A model generated the notes under the pieces. The model worked only from the letters and a program-made list of their open reading frames with translations. It did not search any database and had not been told where the DNA came from. Both the position numbers and the translations under genes were made by a program. DNA of 61,046 bases, the filler included. It is 3 parts of 3 records of this genome, joined end to end, with 100 filler letters (N's around TTAATTAATTAA, not from the genome) between each part and the next. Parts side by side here need not be neighbours in the genome. Positions count along the whole stretch, not along the records: positions 50,174 to 61,046 come from DRR723986_9360; 2 more parts are not named here. One strand, given 5' to 3'. Every line of letters begins with the position of its first letter. Position 1 is the stretch's first letter. Shown here piece by piece: positions 51,016-60,565 of the stretch.

Positions 51016-51222
51016 TCATCGCAGCGTTTCGCCGACCTGTGGGGTTTTCCGGACATCAGCGCGGCTGAGGCCAACATCCTTCAAGAGATAGTCGGGCAGA
51101 TCCGACAGGTGGGCCATGTCGCGCCGACGGCGCAGGCACTTCAGCGCGAAATGAAAGACGGCAGCACCGAGACCGGCACTACGGACGCGCGCCAGGTGCA
51201 GGGGTACAAGGTGATCGGTCAT
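51016..51222 (-). CDS. DUF1127 small protein (68 aa)
   Basis: RRRRDMAHLSDLPDYLLKDVGLSRAD signature; AAAGGAG SD before ATG 51222. Confidence 0.85.
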   Translation of the reverse strand: MTDHLVPLHLARVRSAGLGAAVFHFALKCLRRRRDMAHLSDLPDYLLKDVGLSRADVRKTPQVGETLR

Positions 51223-51376
51223 CTGTTTTGCTCCTTTCCGACGGGACAGGAGCAAGTTTAGAAAAAGCCTCAACGGACAGTGCGCAAAATTCTCAACTTT
51301 GAGCGAAAAATTCGCAAAAACTCGGATTTTTAGATAAACTACCGCACAACCACGCCGAACAGGACCCTACCCCATC

Positions 51377-51826
51377 ATGGATCTGGACGATTTCGATCAT
51401 CAGCTGCTGCATCTGCTCAGTCTCGATGCCCGACAAACCGGCAAGGAACTTTCCGAGAAAGTTGGCCTGTCTTCTGCCGCCTGCCTGCGCAGGGTGCAAC
51501 GTCTGAGAGAAGTCGGGGCGATCGAGCGGGAAGTGGCCATCGTGTCACCGGAGGCAACGGGCGCCTCCGTCACCTTGCTCGTGATGCTCATGCTGTCGCG
51601 TGGACAGCCGGAGCGTATGGCGAAGTTGCGGCAGAAGTTGCTGAAGCTTCGGGAAGTGAAAAAGATCTACCACGTCACGGGTCCGGCCGATCTGGTACTC
51701 ACTGTGCAGTGCTCTTCCATGGAAGCCTATGCAACTTTCACCGAAGCGCATTTCTATGAAGACGACATCAAGGGCTTCGATACGATCGTCGTCCTGCGGT
51801 CCTATGATCCGGAACCGGGGACCTGA
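51377..51826 (+). CDS. Lrp/AsnC family transcriptional regulator
   Basis: LDDFDHQLL..L..DAR, VGLSSAACLRRVQRL, VTGPAD. Confidence 0.92.
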   Translation: MDLDDFDHQLLHLLSLDARQTGKELSEKVGLSSAACLRRVQRLREVGAIEREVAIVSPEATGASVTLLVMLMLSRGQPERMAKLRQKLLKLREVKKIYHVTGPADLVLTVQCSSMEAYATFTEAHFYEDDIKGFDTIVVLRSYDPEPGT

Positions 51827-51989
51827 CCGCACTCCGCGGAATTCAGGCGACGCTGTGCCTGTCAGAGTTCACGCGTTTGTTTTCAGGAATGCCTCGTGCC
51901 ATCTTCGAAGGAGCGGGCTGACAAGCGCTGCCGGTTCGCGATATTCTGTCTGCGCGATTCCCGGCGCGTATTGCCGACCATGACCTGAT

Positions 51990-52874
51990 ATGGAACGAGA
52001 CGTCCGCGTGCCAGCTTCACTGCCACTTCTCAAGACGATCCGCCGCGTTGCAGCCGGGCTGCTGACGCTTGGCACTTTGGCGCTCGGCATCCTGTCGGCT
52101 TCAGCCCAGGAGGCTTCGGTCCGCGTTCCCAATTTCTGGGATCCGAAAGCCGTCCACGACCGGCCAAATGCCATTCCGGACAAGATCCAGTTTCTGGCAA
52201 CCGACGGATATCCGCCCTTCGTGTTCCGTGACCAGCATGGCCGTCTTACCGGCTTCAATGTCGATCTCGCACGGGCTCTCTGCCAGGAGCTTGGAAGTTC
52301 CTGCGCCCTGCGCATCAAGGACTTCGAGGTTCTTCTGCCTGCACTGGACGAAGAAGAAGGTGACGCGATTATCTCCGGCCTGTCGCGCAGCCTCCCCTCC
52401 ACGCGCCGCCTCAACTTCACCGAGGACTATCTGAAGCTGCCGGCGCGGTTTGTGGTTCGGGCGTACAACGCGTCCGATTTCAACGAGCAGGCGCTCACCG
52501 GCAAGCGGATAGCCGTTGAAGCCGGGTCCCGCTACGAGGCGTTTGCCAAGCGCTTCTTTCCCGATGCCGAGATCATCAGCCTGGAAACCGCAGAGGCGAC
52601 ACGCGAGGCAGTCAAGGGCGGTTCGGCCGATGCTCTGTTCGGCGACGGCCTGAACCTGTCGTTCTGGCTGCCAAGCGAAGCTGCAGATGGCTGCTGTGCC
52701 TTTGCCGGCGGCCCGTGGCTGGAGCCGGGCTATTTTGATGAAGGCATGGCCATTGCGACCCGCCAGGACGATCCGGAACGGGCTGCGGCCCTTACATATG
52801 CCTTGCGCCAGCTTCACCAGAAGGGCATCTACCGCGAGCTTTACCTGCGCTATTTTCCCATGAGCTTCTTCTGA
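51990..52874 (+). CDS. Orphan family-3 (polar amino acid) solute-binding protein
   Basis: Signal peptide, DGYPPF, LTGFNVDLARALC, GIYRELYLRYFP; no permease adjacent. Confidence 0.85.
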   Translation: MERDVRVPASLPLLKTIRRVAAGLLTLGTLALGILSASAQEASVRVPNFWDPKAVHDRPNAIPDKIQFLATDGYPPFVFRDQHGRLTGFNVDLARALCQELGSSCALRIKDFEVLLPALDEEEGDAIISGLSRSLPSTRRLNFTEDYLKLPARFVVRAYNASDFNEQALTGKRIAVEAGSRYEAFAKRFFPDAEIISLETAEATREAVKGGSADALFGDGLNLSFWLPSEAADGCCAFAGGPWLEPGYFDEGMAIATRQDDPERAAALTYALRQLHQKGIYRELYLRYFPMSFF

Positions 52875-52905
52875 CCTTTCCCACCATTCCTGACAAAGAA
52901 CCAGG

Positions 52906-53751
52906 TCAGCTTTTGCCTTTCGCGCCCTCGACACGCGCCGCCTTCCGGCGATCCGGATTTTTCAGGAACGGAATTGCCAGGCTGAAGGGAAACGAATGCG
53001 CGCGTGGCGTGAGCGCGGCACCGAGCCCGATTTCCATCGTCTCCTGTCCCTGCTCGGGATCTTCCACGTAGGTTCCGAACAGGCGGTCCCAGACCGAAAG
53101 ATAGAACCCGTAGTTGGAATCCGTCTCGTGCGGCAGCACCGAGTGATGAATGCGGTGCATGTCTGGAGTGACGATCAGAAACCGCAAGGGGCGGTCCAGC
53201 CAAAGCGGCAAGCGGACATTGGCGTGGCTGAAAACCGCAGAGCCGTTGAGAACGATCTCGAAGATCAGCACGGCTTCAACAGGACCGCCGAGGGCGATGA
53301 TGACCAGCCCTTTCCAGAGGAAGGACAGCAGAATTTCGATCGGGTGGAACCTGAGCGCGGTTGTAGCGTCCACCTCACTATCTGCGTGGTGCATGCGGTG
53401 AATGCGCCAGAACAGAGGAACCTTGTGTGAGACCAGGTGCTGAAACCACACCGCAAGATCGAGCACGACGAAGGTGATCAGACCAGCCACAACACCCGAC
53501 CAGCCGAGAAATGCAAAGAGGCCCCAACCCTTTTCCAGTGCCAGCATTGCAAGGCCGACGCCGCCGATGGGGAAGATCAGCCGCACCAGAAGGGCATCAA
53601 GCAGAACAATGCCCCAGTTGGTCGGCCAGCGCTTCAAGCGGCTGCTCTTCAGGCGCCGCCGTGGCAAACCCGCTTCCAACAGCGCCATTATCAGAAAGAT
53701 GCCGCCGAAACAGGCTATACGAACCTGGTTGATGTCGATCTGGTCAAACAT
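52906..53751 (-). CDS. Sterol desaturase / fatty acid hydroxylase family protein
   Basis: His boxes HLVSH, HRMHH, HRIHH; RFHP, SNYG...WDRLFGT. Confidence 0.9.
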   Translation of the reverse strand: MFDQIDINQVRIACFGGIFLIMALLEAGLPRRRLKSSRLKRWPTNWGIVLLDALLVRLIFPIGGVGLAMLALEKGWGLFAFLGWSGVVAGLITFVVLDLAVWFQHLVSHKVPLFWRIHRMHHADSEVDATTALRFHPIEILLSFLWKGLVIIALGGPVEAVLIFEIVLNGSAVFSHANVRLPLWLDRPLRFLIVTPDMHRIHHSVLPHETDSNYGFYLSVWDRLFGTYVEDPEQGQETMEIGLGAALTPRAHSFPFSLAIPFLKNPDRRKAARVEGAKGKS

Positions 53752-53866
53752 GGGGTCTTTTGAAACGTCCTGACTAATGCTGCTTGCCACGGTCCCGATG
53801 GCACGATAGGGCGATACGACAATACTCCTGATATCATTCCTTGCCGCTGCGACAGATCACATCATC

Positions 53867-54514
53867 ATGACCGACTTTCTCTGGAACCGCCCCGAAACGC
53901 CACCTGTGGCAACACTGCTGCTGGCGCATGGCGCTGGCGCAGCCATGGACTCAGCCTTCATGAACAAGCTTGCGGCAGCCCTCGCGAGCCAAGGCATTGC
54001 AGCCGCACGTTTCGAATTTGCCTATATGGCCGGTCGCCGGACGGGAGGCCCGAAAAAGCCGCCGCCCCGGGCCGACAAGCTGATTGCCGAGTTCCAGACC
54101 GCCCTGCAATCTGTCCTCAGCCAGAGCGACGGCCCTCTGCTGATCGGCGGCAAATCGATGGGTGGTAGGGTCGCCGCGATGCTGGCAGGCGGCGGCTCGC
54201 TGCCTGGCCGCGCCAAGGGCGTTGCCTGTTTCGGCTACCCTTTCCACCCGACCGGCAAGGCCGATGCCGAGTGGCGGCTCCAGCCGCTGCAGGACGCCAA
54301 ACGGCCGGTTCTGGTTCTCCAGGGCGACAGGGATCCGTTCGGCTCGAAGGCGGAACTCGATGAAGTGACCTTGCCAGCTCATGTCAGCCTTACTTATCTG
54401 GAAGACGGCAACCACGACTTCGGACCGCGCGGCAAGTCGCCGGCGACACTCGACGGCAACATCAAGCTGGCAGCCGAAGCAGTCAAGGCATTCGTGGATC
54501 GGCTCACGAGTTAG
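53867..54514 (+). CDS. Alpha/beta hydrolase (COG3571 / KANL3-Tex30-like)
   Basis: LAHGAGA, GGKSMGGR, GYPFHP, QGDRDPFG, DGNHD. Confidence 0.88.
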   Translation: MTDFLWNRPETPPVATLLLAHGAGAAMDSAFMNKLAAALASQGIAAARFEFAYMAGRRTGGPKKPPPRADKLIAEFQTALQSVLSQSDGPLLIGGKSMGGRVAAMLAGGGSLPGRAKGVACFGYPFHPTGKADAEWRLQPLQDAKRPVLVLQGDRDPFGSKAELDEVTLPAHVSLTYLEDGNHDFGPRGKSPATLDGNIKLAAEAVKAFVDRLTS

Positions 54515-54526
54515 GGCCCACTACGT

Positions 54527-54556
54527 GCCCGGACAAGCGCAGCGCAAGTCCAGGGC
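54527..54556. repeat. REP/RIME-like palindromic remnant
   Basis: GCCCGGAC-AAGCGCAGCGCAA-GTCCAGGGC hairpin, resembling rhizobial extragenic palindromes; single copy here. Confidence 0.35.
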
Positions 54557-54576
54557 TTACGCGGAAGGCAGCAAGG

Positions 54577-54610
54577 AAAAAGCCCGGACCGTTTCCGATC
54601 CGGGCTTTTT
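54577..54610. terminator. Bidirectional intrinsic terminator between the hydrolase and hslO
   Basis: AAAAAGCCCGGA / TCCGGGCTTTTT. Confidence 0.85.
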
Positions 54611-54630
54611 GAATTTCACGACAGTCCGGC

Positions 54631-55617
54631 TTACTGGCCGGGCTTACCGTCGAATTCGTAGCTGGTGCTGCAGAACTCGCAGGTGACGATGATCTTGCCG
54701 TCGACAGTCATGTGGTCGACATCGTCGTCGCTGAACCCGGCGAGAACATTCTCGATCTTCTCGCGAGAGCAGCTGCACTTGTCGACCAGCGGCTGCGGCT
54801 CGAAAAGGCGGACGCCGCGTTCGTGAAACAGCCGGAAGAGCAGCATTTCCACGCTGACTTCCGGATCAGTCAGTTCGACATCCTTGACCGTCTCGACCAG
54901 TACCTTGGCTTCCACCCAGGCATCGTCCTCGTCAATCTCGTGCGGGCTCGTGCCTTCCGGGGCATTGCCCGGATCAATGTCAGCCTGGCGCATGCGTTCC
55001 GGCGCTTCGGGCAGGAACTGGATCAGAATCCCGCCGGCTGTCCAGGTTTTCACGTGACCCTCGCCTTCCTGGCGGGTGAACAGTTCACCGACACCAAGAC
55101 GAACTTCTGTCGGGATCTGCTCGGATCGCTCGAAGTACCGGCGTGCGACTTCTTCCAGCGACACACCATCCAGCTCCACCAGTCCCTGGTAGCGCTGCAT
55201 GTGCATTCCCTGGTCGATGGTCATCGCCAGATGTCCGTGCCCGAGAAGGGCCTCCTGCGTTGCCTTGCCGTCAGCCATCAGCGCTGCGACTTCAACAGCA
55301 TCGAAGGTTGCGCAGGCGCGGATTGCGTCGGGTGACTTGAAGTCGACGACCAGCATGGACACCGGCCCCTTCGTCTGCGTCTGCAGCGTGAAGCGACCGT
55401 CGAATTTCAGCGACGTGCCCAAGAGGCTGGTCAGAACGATCGCTTCCGCCAGCAGGCGCGAGACCGGTTCCGGATAGGCATGCCGGTCAAGAATTTTTTC
55501 CAGGACAGGACCAAGCGCGACCGCACGGCCGCGCACATCGAGCCCTTCCACGGCAAAGGGCCGGACAGCGTCCAGCCCTGCAGGCGTAATGCCCAGTTCA
55601 TCAAGATTAAGTGCCAC
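54631..55617 (-). CDS. hslO: Hsp33 redox-regulated chaperone
   Basis: VRGRAV, LKFDGRFTLQ, RYQGLV, YFERSEQIPT, CSCS...CEFC zinc site; GTG start after the argF stop. Confidence 0.93.
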   Translation of the reverse strand: MALNLDELGITPAGLDAVRPFAVEGLDVRGRAVALGPVLEKILDRHAYPEPVSRLLAEAIVLTSLLGTSLKFDGRFTLQTQTKGPVSMLVVDFKSPDAIRACATFDAVEVAALMADGKATQEALLGHGHLAMTIDQGMHMQRYQGLVELDGVSLEEVARRYFERSEQIPTEVRLGVGELFTRQEGEGHVKTWTAGGILIQFLPEAPERMRQADIDPGNAPEGTSPHEIDEDDAWVEAKVLVETVKDVELTDPEVSVEMLLFRLFHERGVRLFEPQPLVDKCSCSREKIENVLAGFSDDDVDHMTVDGKIIVTCEFCSTSYEFDGKPGQ

Positions 55618-55627
55618 TTGGCTTGCC

Positions 55628-56557
55628 TTATGCTGCGCCGAAGCACCAGGCCAGAATGCCCTTTTGGGCATGGAGCCGGTTTTCGGCTTCGTCAAACACA
55701 ACGGAGTTGGGACCGTCCATGACGTCCGAGGTGACTTCCTCACCCCGGTGGGCCGGCAGGCAATGCATGAACAGGGCGTCCTGGTTTGCCTCAGCCATCA
55801 GGCGTTTATTGACCTGATAGGCGCTGAGAAGGTTGTGACGCGATTCCGCATCGTCATCACCCATGGACACCCAGCAGTCGGTCACGACACAATCGGTCCC
55901 CTTGACTGCCTCATATGGGTCCGTCGTGACCTGAATGGAACCACCCTTGGCACGAGCAGTTTCAATCAGGTCCATCGGCGGCGCCAGTTCGCCCGGTGTC
56001 GCGATGCGCAATTCGAAATCGAAGCGCGGCGCGGCATGAATCCAGGAGGCCAACACGTTGTTGCTGTCACCGGTCCAGGCAACGCTCTTGCCCTTGATCG
56101 AACCGCGATGCTCTTCAAAGGTCAACAGATCCGCCATGATCTGACAGGGATGCGAAAGCTTGGTCAGGCCGTTGATCACCGGCACAGTCGCATTTTCGGC
56201 AAGTTCACGCAGGTCGTTGTGATCGAGGATGCGGATCATGATCGCGTCGACGAAGCGCGACAGAACCTGCGCCGTATCGGCGATTGTCTCTCCGCGGCCG
56301 AGCTGCATTTCCGCACCGGTCAGCATCAAGGTCTCGCCGCCGAGCTCGCGCATGCCGACATCGAAGGAAATGCGCGTACGGGTCGACGGTTGTTCGAAGA
56401 TCATGGCCAGCACCTTGCCGGCCAGCGGACCCTGGCCGCGATGCACGCCGTTGCGGCTCGACTTGATCTTCCGGCTGGTGTCCAGGATGGCGCGCAGTTC
56501 GTCGCCTTCGAAGTCCGTCAGATCCAGAAAGTTCCGGTAGGTTCCGTTTGCGGTCAT
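55628..56557 (-). CDS. argF: Ornithine carbamoyltransferase
   Basis: STRTR, HPCQ, WVSMG, FMHCLP, EAENRLH. Confidence 0.97.
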   Translation of the reverse strand: MTANGTYRNFLDLTDFEGDELRAILDTSRKIKSSRNGVHRGQGPLAGKVLAMIFEQPSTRTRISFDVGMRELGGETLMLTGAEMQLGRGETIADTAQVLSRFVDAIMIRILDHNDLRELAENATVPVINGLTKLSHPCQIMADLLTFEEHRGSIKGKSVAWTGDSNNVLASWIHAAPRFDFELRIATPGELAPPMDLIETARAKGGSIQVTTDPYEAVKGTDCVVTDCWVSMGDDDAESRHNLLSAYQVNKRLMAEANQDALFMHCLPAHRGEEVTSDVMDGPNSVVFDEAENRLHAQKGILAWCFGAA

Positions 56558-57753
56558 CAGGCCGCTCCTTCCGCCAATTTCGCTTCCATAGCGACAGCAG
56601 CCTGTTCCAGGCGCTCGACAGCAATGGAAATTTCCTCTTCGCTCATGGTCAGCGGCGGCATGATGCGCACCACGTTATCGCCGGCAGGTACTGCCAGAAG
56701 ACCGGCTTCACGGGCTGCAAGCACATAATCTGCTACCGGCACCACGCATTTCAGACCGAGCATCAGGCCGTTGCCGCGCACTTCGGCCAGAACGTCCGGA
56801 TGGCTATCCACCAGTCCGGCCAGCTTCTGCTTGAAGCTGAGTCCCTTCTGACGGACGCCTTCCAGGAACCCGTCTTCCAGAACGACGTCCAGAACGGCAT
56901 TGCCGACTGCCATGGCCAGCGGATTGCCGCCAAAGGTGGTGCCGTGGGTCCCGGGTGACAGCGCCGCCGCCGTTTCTGCCGTTGCAAGACATGCGCCCAT
57001 CGGGAACCCGCCGCCGATACCCTTGGCGATTGCCATCAGATCCGGTTCCACGCCCGTCCACTGGTGAGCGAACAGCTTGCCGGTCCGTCCGACACCGGTC
57101 TGGATCTCGTCGAAGATCAGCAGAATGCCGTTGTCATCACAGATCTTGCGCAGCGCACGCAGGAAATCGGCCGGAATTTCGCGGATACCGCCCTCGCCCT
57201 GCACGGGCTCGATCGCGATCGCGGCCGTTTGCGGACCGATGGCATCTTTCAGCGCATCAAGATCTCCTGCCGGCACCTGGTCGAAACCGGGAGCCTTCGG
57301 GCCAAAGCCTTCAAGATATTTCGCCTGGCCGCCAGCCGCGATGGTCGCGATGGTCCGGCCATGGAAGGCGCCTTCGAAGGTCACGATGTGGAACCGCTCG
57401 GGGTTGCCGTTGTCGTAATGATAACGGCGCGCGCATTTGATGGCAGCTTCCATCGCTTCCGCGCCGGAATTCACGAACAGCACCTTGTCGGCAAAGGTTT
57501 CCGCGCACAGGCGCTGCGCCAGCCGTTCGCCATCCGGGATCTGGTGCAGGTTGGAGGTATGCCACAGCTTGGCTGCCTGATCCTGCAACGCCTTGACCAG
57601 ATGCGGATGGGCATGACCGAGTGCGTTGACCGCGATGCCGGAACCGCAATCGAGGAATCGTCGGCCATCGGTGGTAACCAGCCAGACGCCTTCCCCATGA
57701 TCGAAAGAAAGGTTCGATCTTGCGTAATTTCCGAATAGTGCAGTCGCGGACAT
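56557..57753 (-). CDS. argD: Acetylornithine aminotransferase
   Basis: [41 protein letters not shown]; start ATG 57753 behind AAGGAG/GAGG. Confidence 0.95.
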   Translation of the reverse strand: MSATALFGNYARSNLSFDHGEGVWLVTTDGRRFLDCGSGIAVNALGHAHPHLVKALQDQAAKLWHTSNLHQIPDGERLAQRLCAETFADKVLFVNSGAEAMEAAIKCARRYHYDNGNPERFHIVTFEGAFHGRTIATIAAGGQAKYLEGFGPKAPGFDQVPAGDLDALKDAIGPQTAAIAIEPVQGEGGIREIPADFLRALRKICDDNGILLIFDEIQTGVGRTGKLFAHQWTGVEPDLMAIAKGIGGGFPMGACLATAETAAALSPGTHGTTFGGNPLAMAVGNAVLDVVLEDGFLEGVRQKGLSFKQKLAGLVDSHPDVLAEVRGNGLMLGLKCVVPVADYVLAAREAGLLAVPAGDNVVRIMPPLTMSEEEISIAVERLEQAAVAMEAKLAEGAA

Positions 57754-58045
57754 AACCTCGTTTGTCTCCTTTAAACGCCCCTGCTGTCCCCTGCGTCGCC
57801 CCGACGCCGGGCCGTCACCTTGAAAAGATGCCGAAGGGCCAAAACGCAACGTGCCGCCCCGATGAGGCGGCACGCAGCGGCTTTCTTATACACTGCCGGT
57901 ACCATGCACTGTCAATGGAAATGGCGCACAAGACATTTCATGTGCCGCGGAGGGCGGATTTCATAAAATTCTCAATGACCTCGCCATAATTGGGGAAAAG
58001 TCGTTTCATCCCCAACTGGTTTGGGTCGAGTGGTTGCCTGACAAA

Positions 58046-58061
58046 TTAACGTTATTGTAAC
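58046..58061. promoter_or_regulatory. Degenerate CtrA site upstream of gcrA
   Basis: TTAA-N7-GTAAC (one mismatch). Confidence 0.5.
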
Positions 58062-58145
58062 CTCTCAGCAATCAGACACGAGATCTCGTGAGGCAAATCA
58101 CCAAGAGGCACTAGATCTGCCAGCATTAAGCGTGCTTGCGCATGC

Positions 58146-58160
58146 TTAACACGGGGTTAA
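58146..58160. promoter_or_regulatory. CtrA binding site upstream of gcrA
   Basis: TTAA-CACGGGG-TTAA (TTAA-N7-TTAA); CtrA is a known repressor of gcrA. Confidence 0.75.
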
Positions 58161-58194
58161 TGGCCGCAGGACGGTCAAACTAAAGGGTGCGGCA

Positions 58195-58731
58195 ATGAGT
58201 TGGACAAACGAACGAGTTGAGCTTCTCAAAAAGCTTTGGGGCGACGGCTTGAGCGCAAGCCAGATCGCGGGCGAACTGGGTGGTGTTACCCGTAACGCCG
58301 TGATCGGCAAGGTGCACCGCCTTGGCCTGTCCGGCCGCGCCAAGTCCACCTCTTCAAGCGCCAAGCCGCGCCGGCCGCGCACCGCAGCTCCTGCAACGGG
58401 TGCAGCGCCGAAGAAACCGACGACGTCACATCCGCAGTCGATCGGCGCGACGGCCCTGAAAGCAGACATCTCGCCTGCACCAGTGGTGGCCGCCAAGCCA
58501 CGCGTAGAGCCGATTGCAGAGCTCGTTCCGATCTCGCAGCGGGCAACCATCCTGACGCTGACCGAGCGGACCTGCAAATGGCCGATTGGCGACCCGGCAA
58601 CCGACGACTTCTACTTCTGCGGCCGCCAGTCCGATGCCGGCGTCCCCTACTGCGCTCATCACTGCAAGATCGCGTATCAGCCGGTCGCCGACCGCCGCCG
58701 CGACCGCAAGACGATGGCTCAGGCAGGCTGA
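58195..58731 (+). CDS. gcrA: Cell-cycle regulator GcrA
   Basis: MSWTNERVELLKKLW..GLSASQIA..LGGVTRNAVIGKVHRLGL; CKWPIGDP, PYCAHH. Confidence 0.96.
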   Translation: MSWTNERVELLKKLWGDGLSASQIAGELGGVTRNAVIGKVHRLGLSGRAKSTSSSAKPRRPRTAAPATGAAPKKPTTSHPQSIGATALKADISPAPVVAAKPRVEPIAELVPISQRATILTLTERTCKWPIGDPATDDFYFCGRQSDAGVPYCAHHCKIAYQPVADRRRDRKTMAQAG

Positions 58732-58758
58732 TAGCCTCGCACCTAACCAATTCATGAG

Positions 58759-58786
58759 AAAGCCCGCCGATTTGGCGGGCTTTTTT
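58759..58786 (+). terminator. Intrinsic terminator of gcrA
   Basis: AAAGCCCGCC-gattt-GGCGGGCTTTTTT. Confidence 0.88.
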
Positions 58787-59003
58787 GTTTGGGCCTTCCA
58801 TTGACCAGATGTCCGACCCCGACCAGTGACCTCCCACGGCTTAATCACGGCACCGATCCATGCCGTTTCCACCCCATCAAATCAAACCTTGTTTGACCGC
58901 TCCGCCACGACAGGGACCGCAGGATCAGCCCCGACACCGACACAACTGGTGGGGTCGCTGCAGAAGAGAACCTTGCTCCGCGAAAGGCACAAAACCGCTG
59001 AGG

Positions 59004-59030
59004 AAAAAAAAGCCCGCTTGAAAGCGGGCT
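59004..59030 (-). terminator. Intrinsic terminator of phoB
   Basis: Minus strand AGCCCGCTT-tc-AAGCGGGCT-TTTTTTT. Confidence 0.88.
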
Positions 59031-59056
59031 CCTAAATTCCATTCTGCAAGTTGCCC

Positions 59057-59758
59057 TCAGGCGGTGGCAGAGGTGAACTGGTCATTGAAGGCGTATCCGG
59101 CACCACGGACGGTACGGATTGGATCCTTCGCCTTGCCCTTGTTCAGAGCCTTGCGCAAGCGACCGACGTGAACATCGACAGTGCGTTCGTCCACGTAGAC
59201 ATCGTGACCCCAGACCCCATCCAGCAGTTGTTCGCGGGAGAAGACACGGCCAGGCGATGTCATCAGGAATTCCAGCAGGCGGAATTCCGTCGGGCCCAGG
59301 TGTATTTCCTTGGTGTTGCGGCGAACGCGGTGCGTTTCGCGATCCAGTTCGATATCGCCGGACCGCAACATGCTGGACACCACTTCCGGGCTTGCCCGGC
59401 GCAGGATGGCGCGCACACGGGCCATCAATTCCGGTACCGAGAAAGGCTTGACCACGTAGTCGTCGGCACCGGTCGACAGGCCGCGGATGCGCTCTGCTTC
59501 CTCACCGCGTGCCGTCAGCATGATGACCGGCAGGCGCTCGGTGTCTTCGCGCGCCCGCAGGCGGCGGCACAGTTCAATTCCGGACAGGCCCGGCAGCATC
59601 CAGTCGAGCAGCAACAGATCCGGCAGGCTTTCCCGCAGGCGGATTTCCGCCTCATCACCCCGGACACAGGACTCGACCGAGTACCCTTCCGCTTCCAAAT
59701 TGTATCTCAAAAGAAGGCTGAGCGGTTCTTCGTCTTCAACGATGAGCACCTTCGGCAT
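59057..59758 (-). CDS. phoB: Phosphate regulon response regulator PhoB
   Basis: VEDE, LDWMLPG, GADDYVVKPFS, LGPTEFRLL, ERTVDVHVGRLR; follows phoU. Confidence 0.96.
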   Translation of the reverse strand: MPKVLIVEDEEPLSLLLRYNLEAEGYSVESCVRGDEAEIRLRESLPDLLLLDWMLPGLSGIELCRRLRAREDTERLPVIMLTARGEEAERIRGLSTGADDYVVKPFSVPELMARVRAILRRASPEVVSSMLRSGDIELDRETHRVRRNTKEIHLGPTEFRLLEFLMTSPGRVFSREQLLDGVWGHDVYVDERTVDVHVGRLRKALNKGKAKDPIRTVRGAGYAFNDQFTSATA

Positions 59759-59838
59759 ACATCTCGCTCCAATTACCGCAACCGGCGCCGAAGCGCCGGC
59801 CGTTAAGATCTTCTGCAAATCCGACGATTACCGGCGGG

Positions 59839-60534
59839 TCAGACCGCGCCTGTTTCGTCGACCTTTGCCCGGTCTTCCGGCAAACGCTCGCCAGTGACCA
59901 TGTAGTAGACGTTCTCGGCGATGTTCGTGGCGTGATCGCCGATGCGCTCGATGTTCTTTGCGCAGAACAAGAGATGGACGCACTGGGTAATGACCCGCGG
60001 ATCTTCCATCATGTAGGTCAGGAGTTCGCGAAAGATCGACGTGTAGATCGCGTCGACCTCGGCGTCGGCTTCCTGAACCCGGCGGGCGGCTTCCGCATCC
60101 TTGCGGGCGTAGGCATCCAGCACCTGCTTGAGCTGCGAAAGAGCGAGTTCCGTCATGTGCTCCACACCGATCGCGAGCTTCTTGGACTGCAAGTCGCTGT
60201 CGATGGCGATGACGCGCTTGGCAACGTTCTTTGCAAGATCGCCAACACGCTCCAGATCATTGGCAATGCGCGTTGCAGCGGTGATTTCACGCAGGTCCTG
60301 CCCCATCGGCTGGCGGCGGACGATCAGCTCGATCAGCTTCACTTCAAGTTCGTTGTAAAGGCTGTCCAGACGGACATCGCCCTTGATCGTCGCCTTGGCA
60401 AGCTCCAGATCCTGCGACACCAGCGCGGACACCGCATCGGCGAAAGCCTTTTCGGCAATACCACCCATTTCGGCAACCTTGCCGGCCATGGCCGTCAGTT
60501 CGTCATCGTAAGCCGAGACTGTATGTTCAGACAT
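59839..60534 (-). CDS. phoU: Phosphate signalling protein PhoU
   Basis: RQPMGQDLR, DLERVGDLAKN, NIERIGDHATNIAE. Confidence 0.96.
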   Translation of the reverse strand: MSEHTVSAYDDELTAMAGKVAEMGGIAEKAFADAVSALVSQDLELAKATIKGDVRLDSLYNELEVKLIELIVRRQPMGQDLREITAATRIANDLERVGDLAKNVAKRVIAIDSDLQSKKLAIGVEHMTELALSQLKQVLDAYARKDAEAARRVQEADAEVDAIYTSIFRELLTYMMEDPRVITQCVHLLFCAKNIERIGDHATNIAENVYYMVTGERLPEDRAKVDETGAV

Positions 60535-60565
60535 CCTGTGTCCCCTTCAGAAACCTAAAAAATGC

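Noticed and set aside
50901..51830. tRNA-Gly as an integration site with an island
   Set aside because: No integrase and no duplicated tRNA 3' end seen in the remaining contig.
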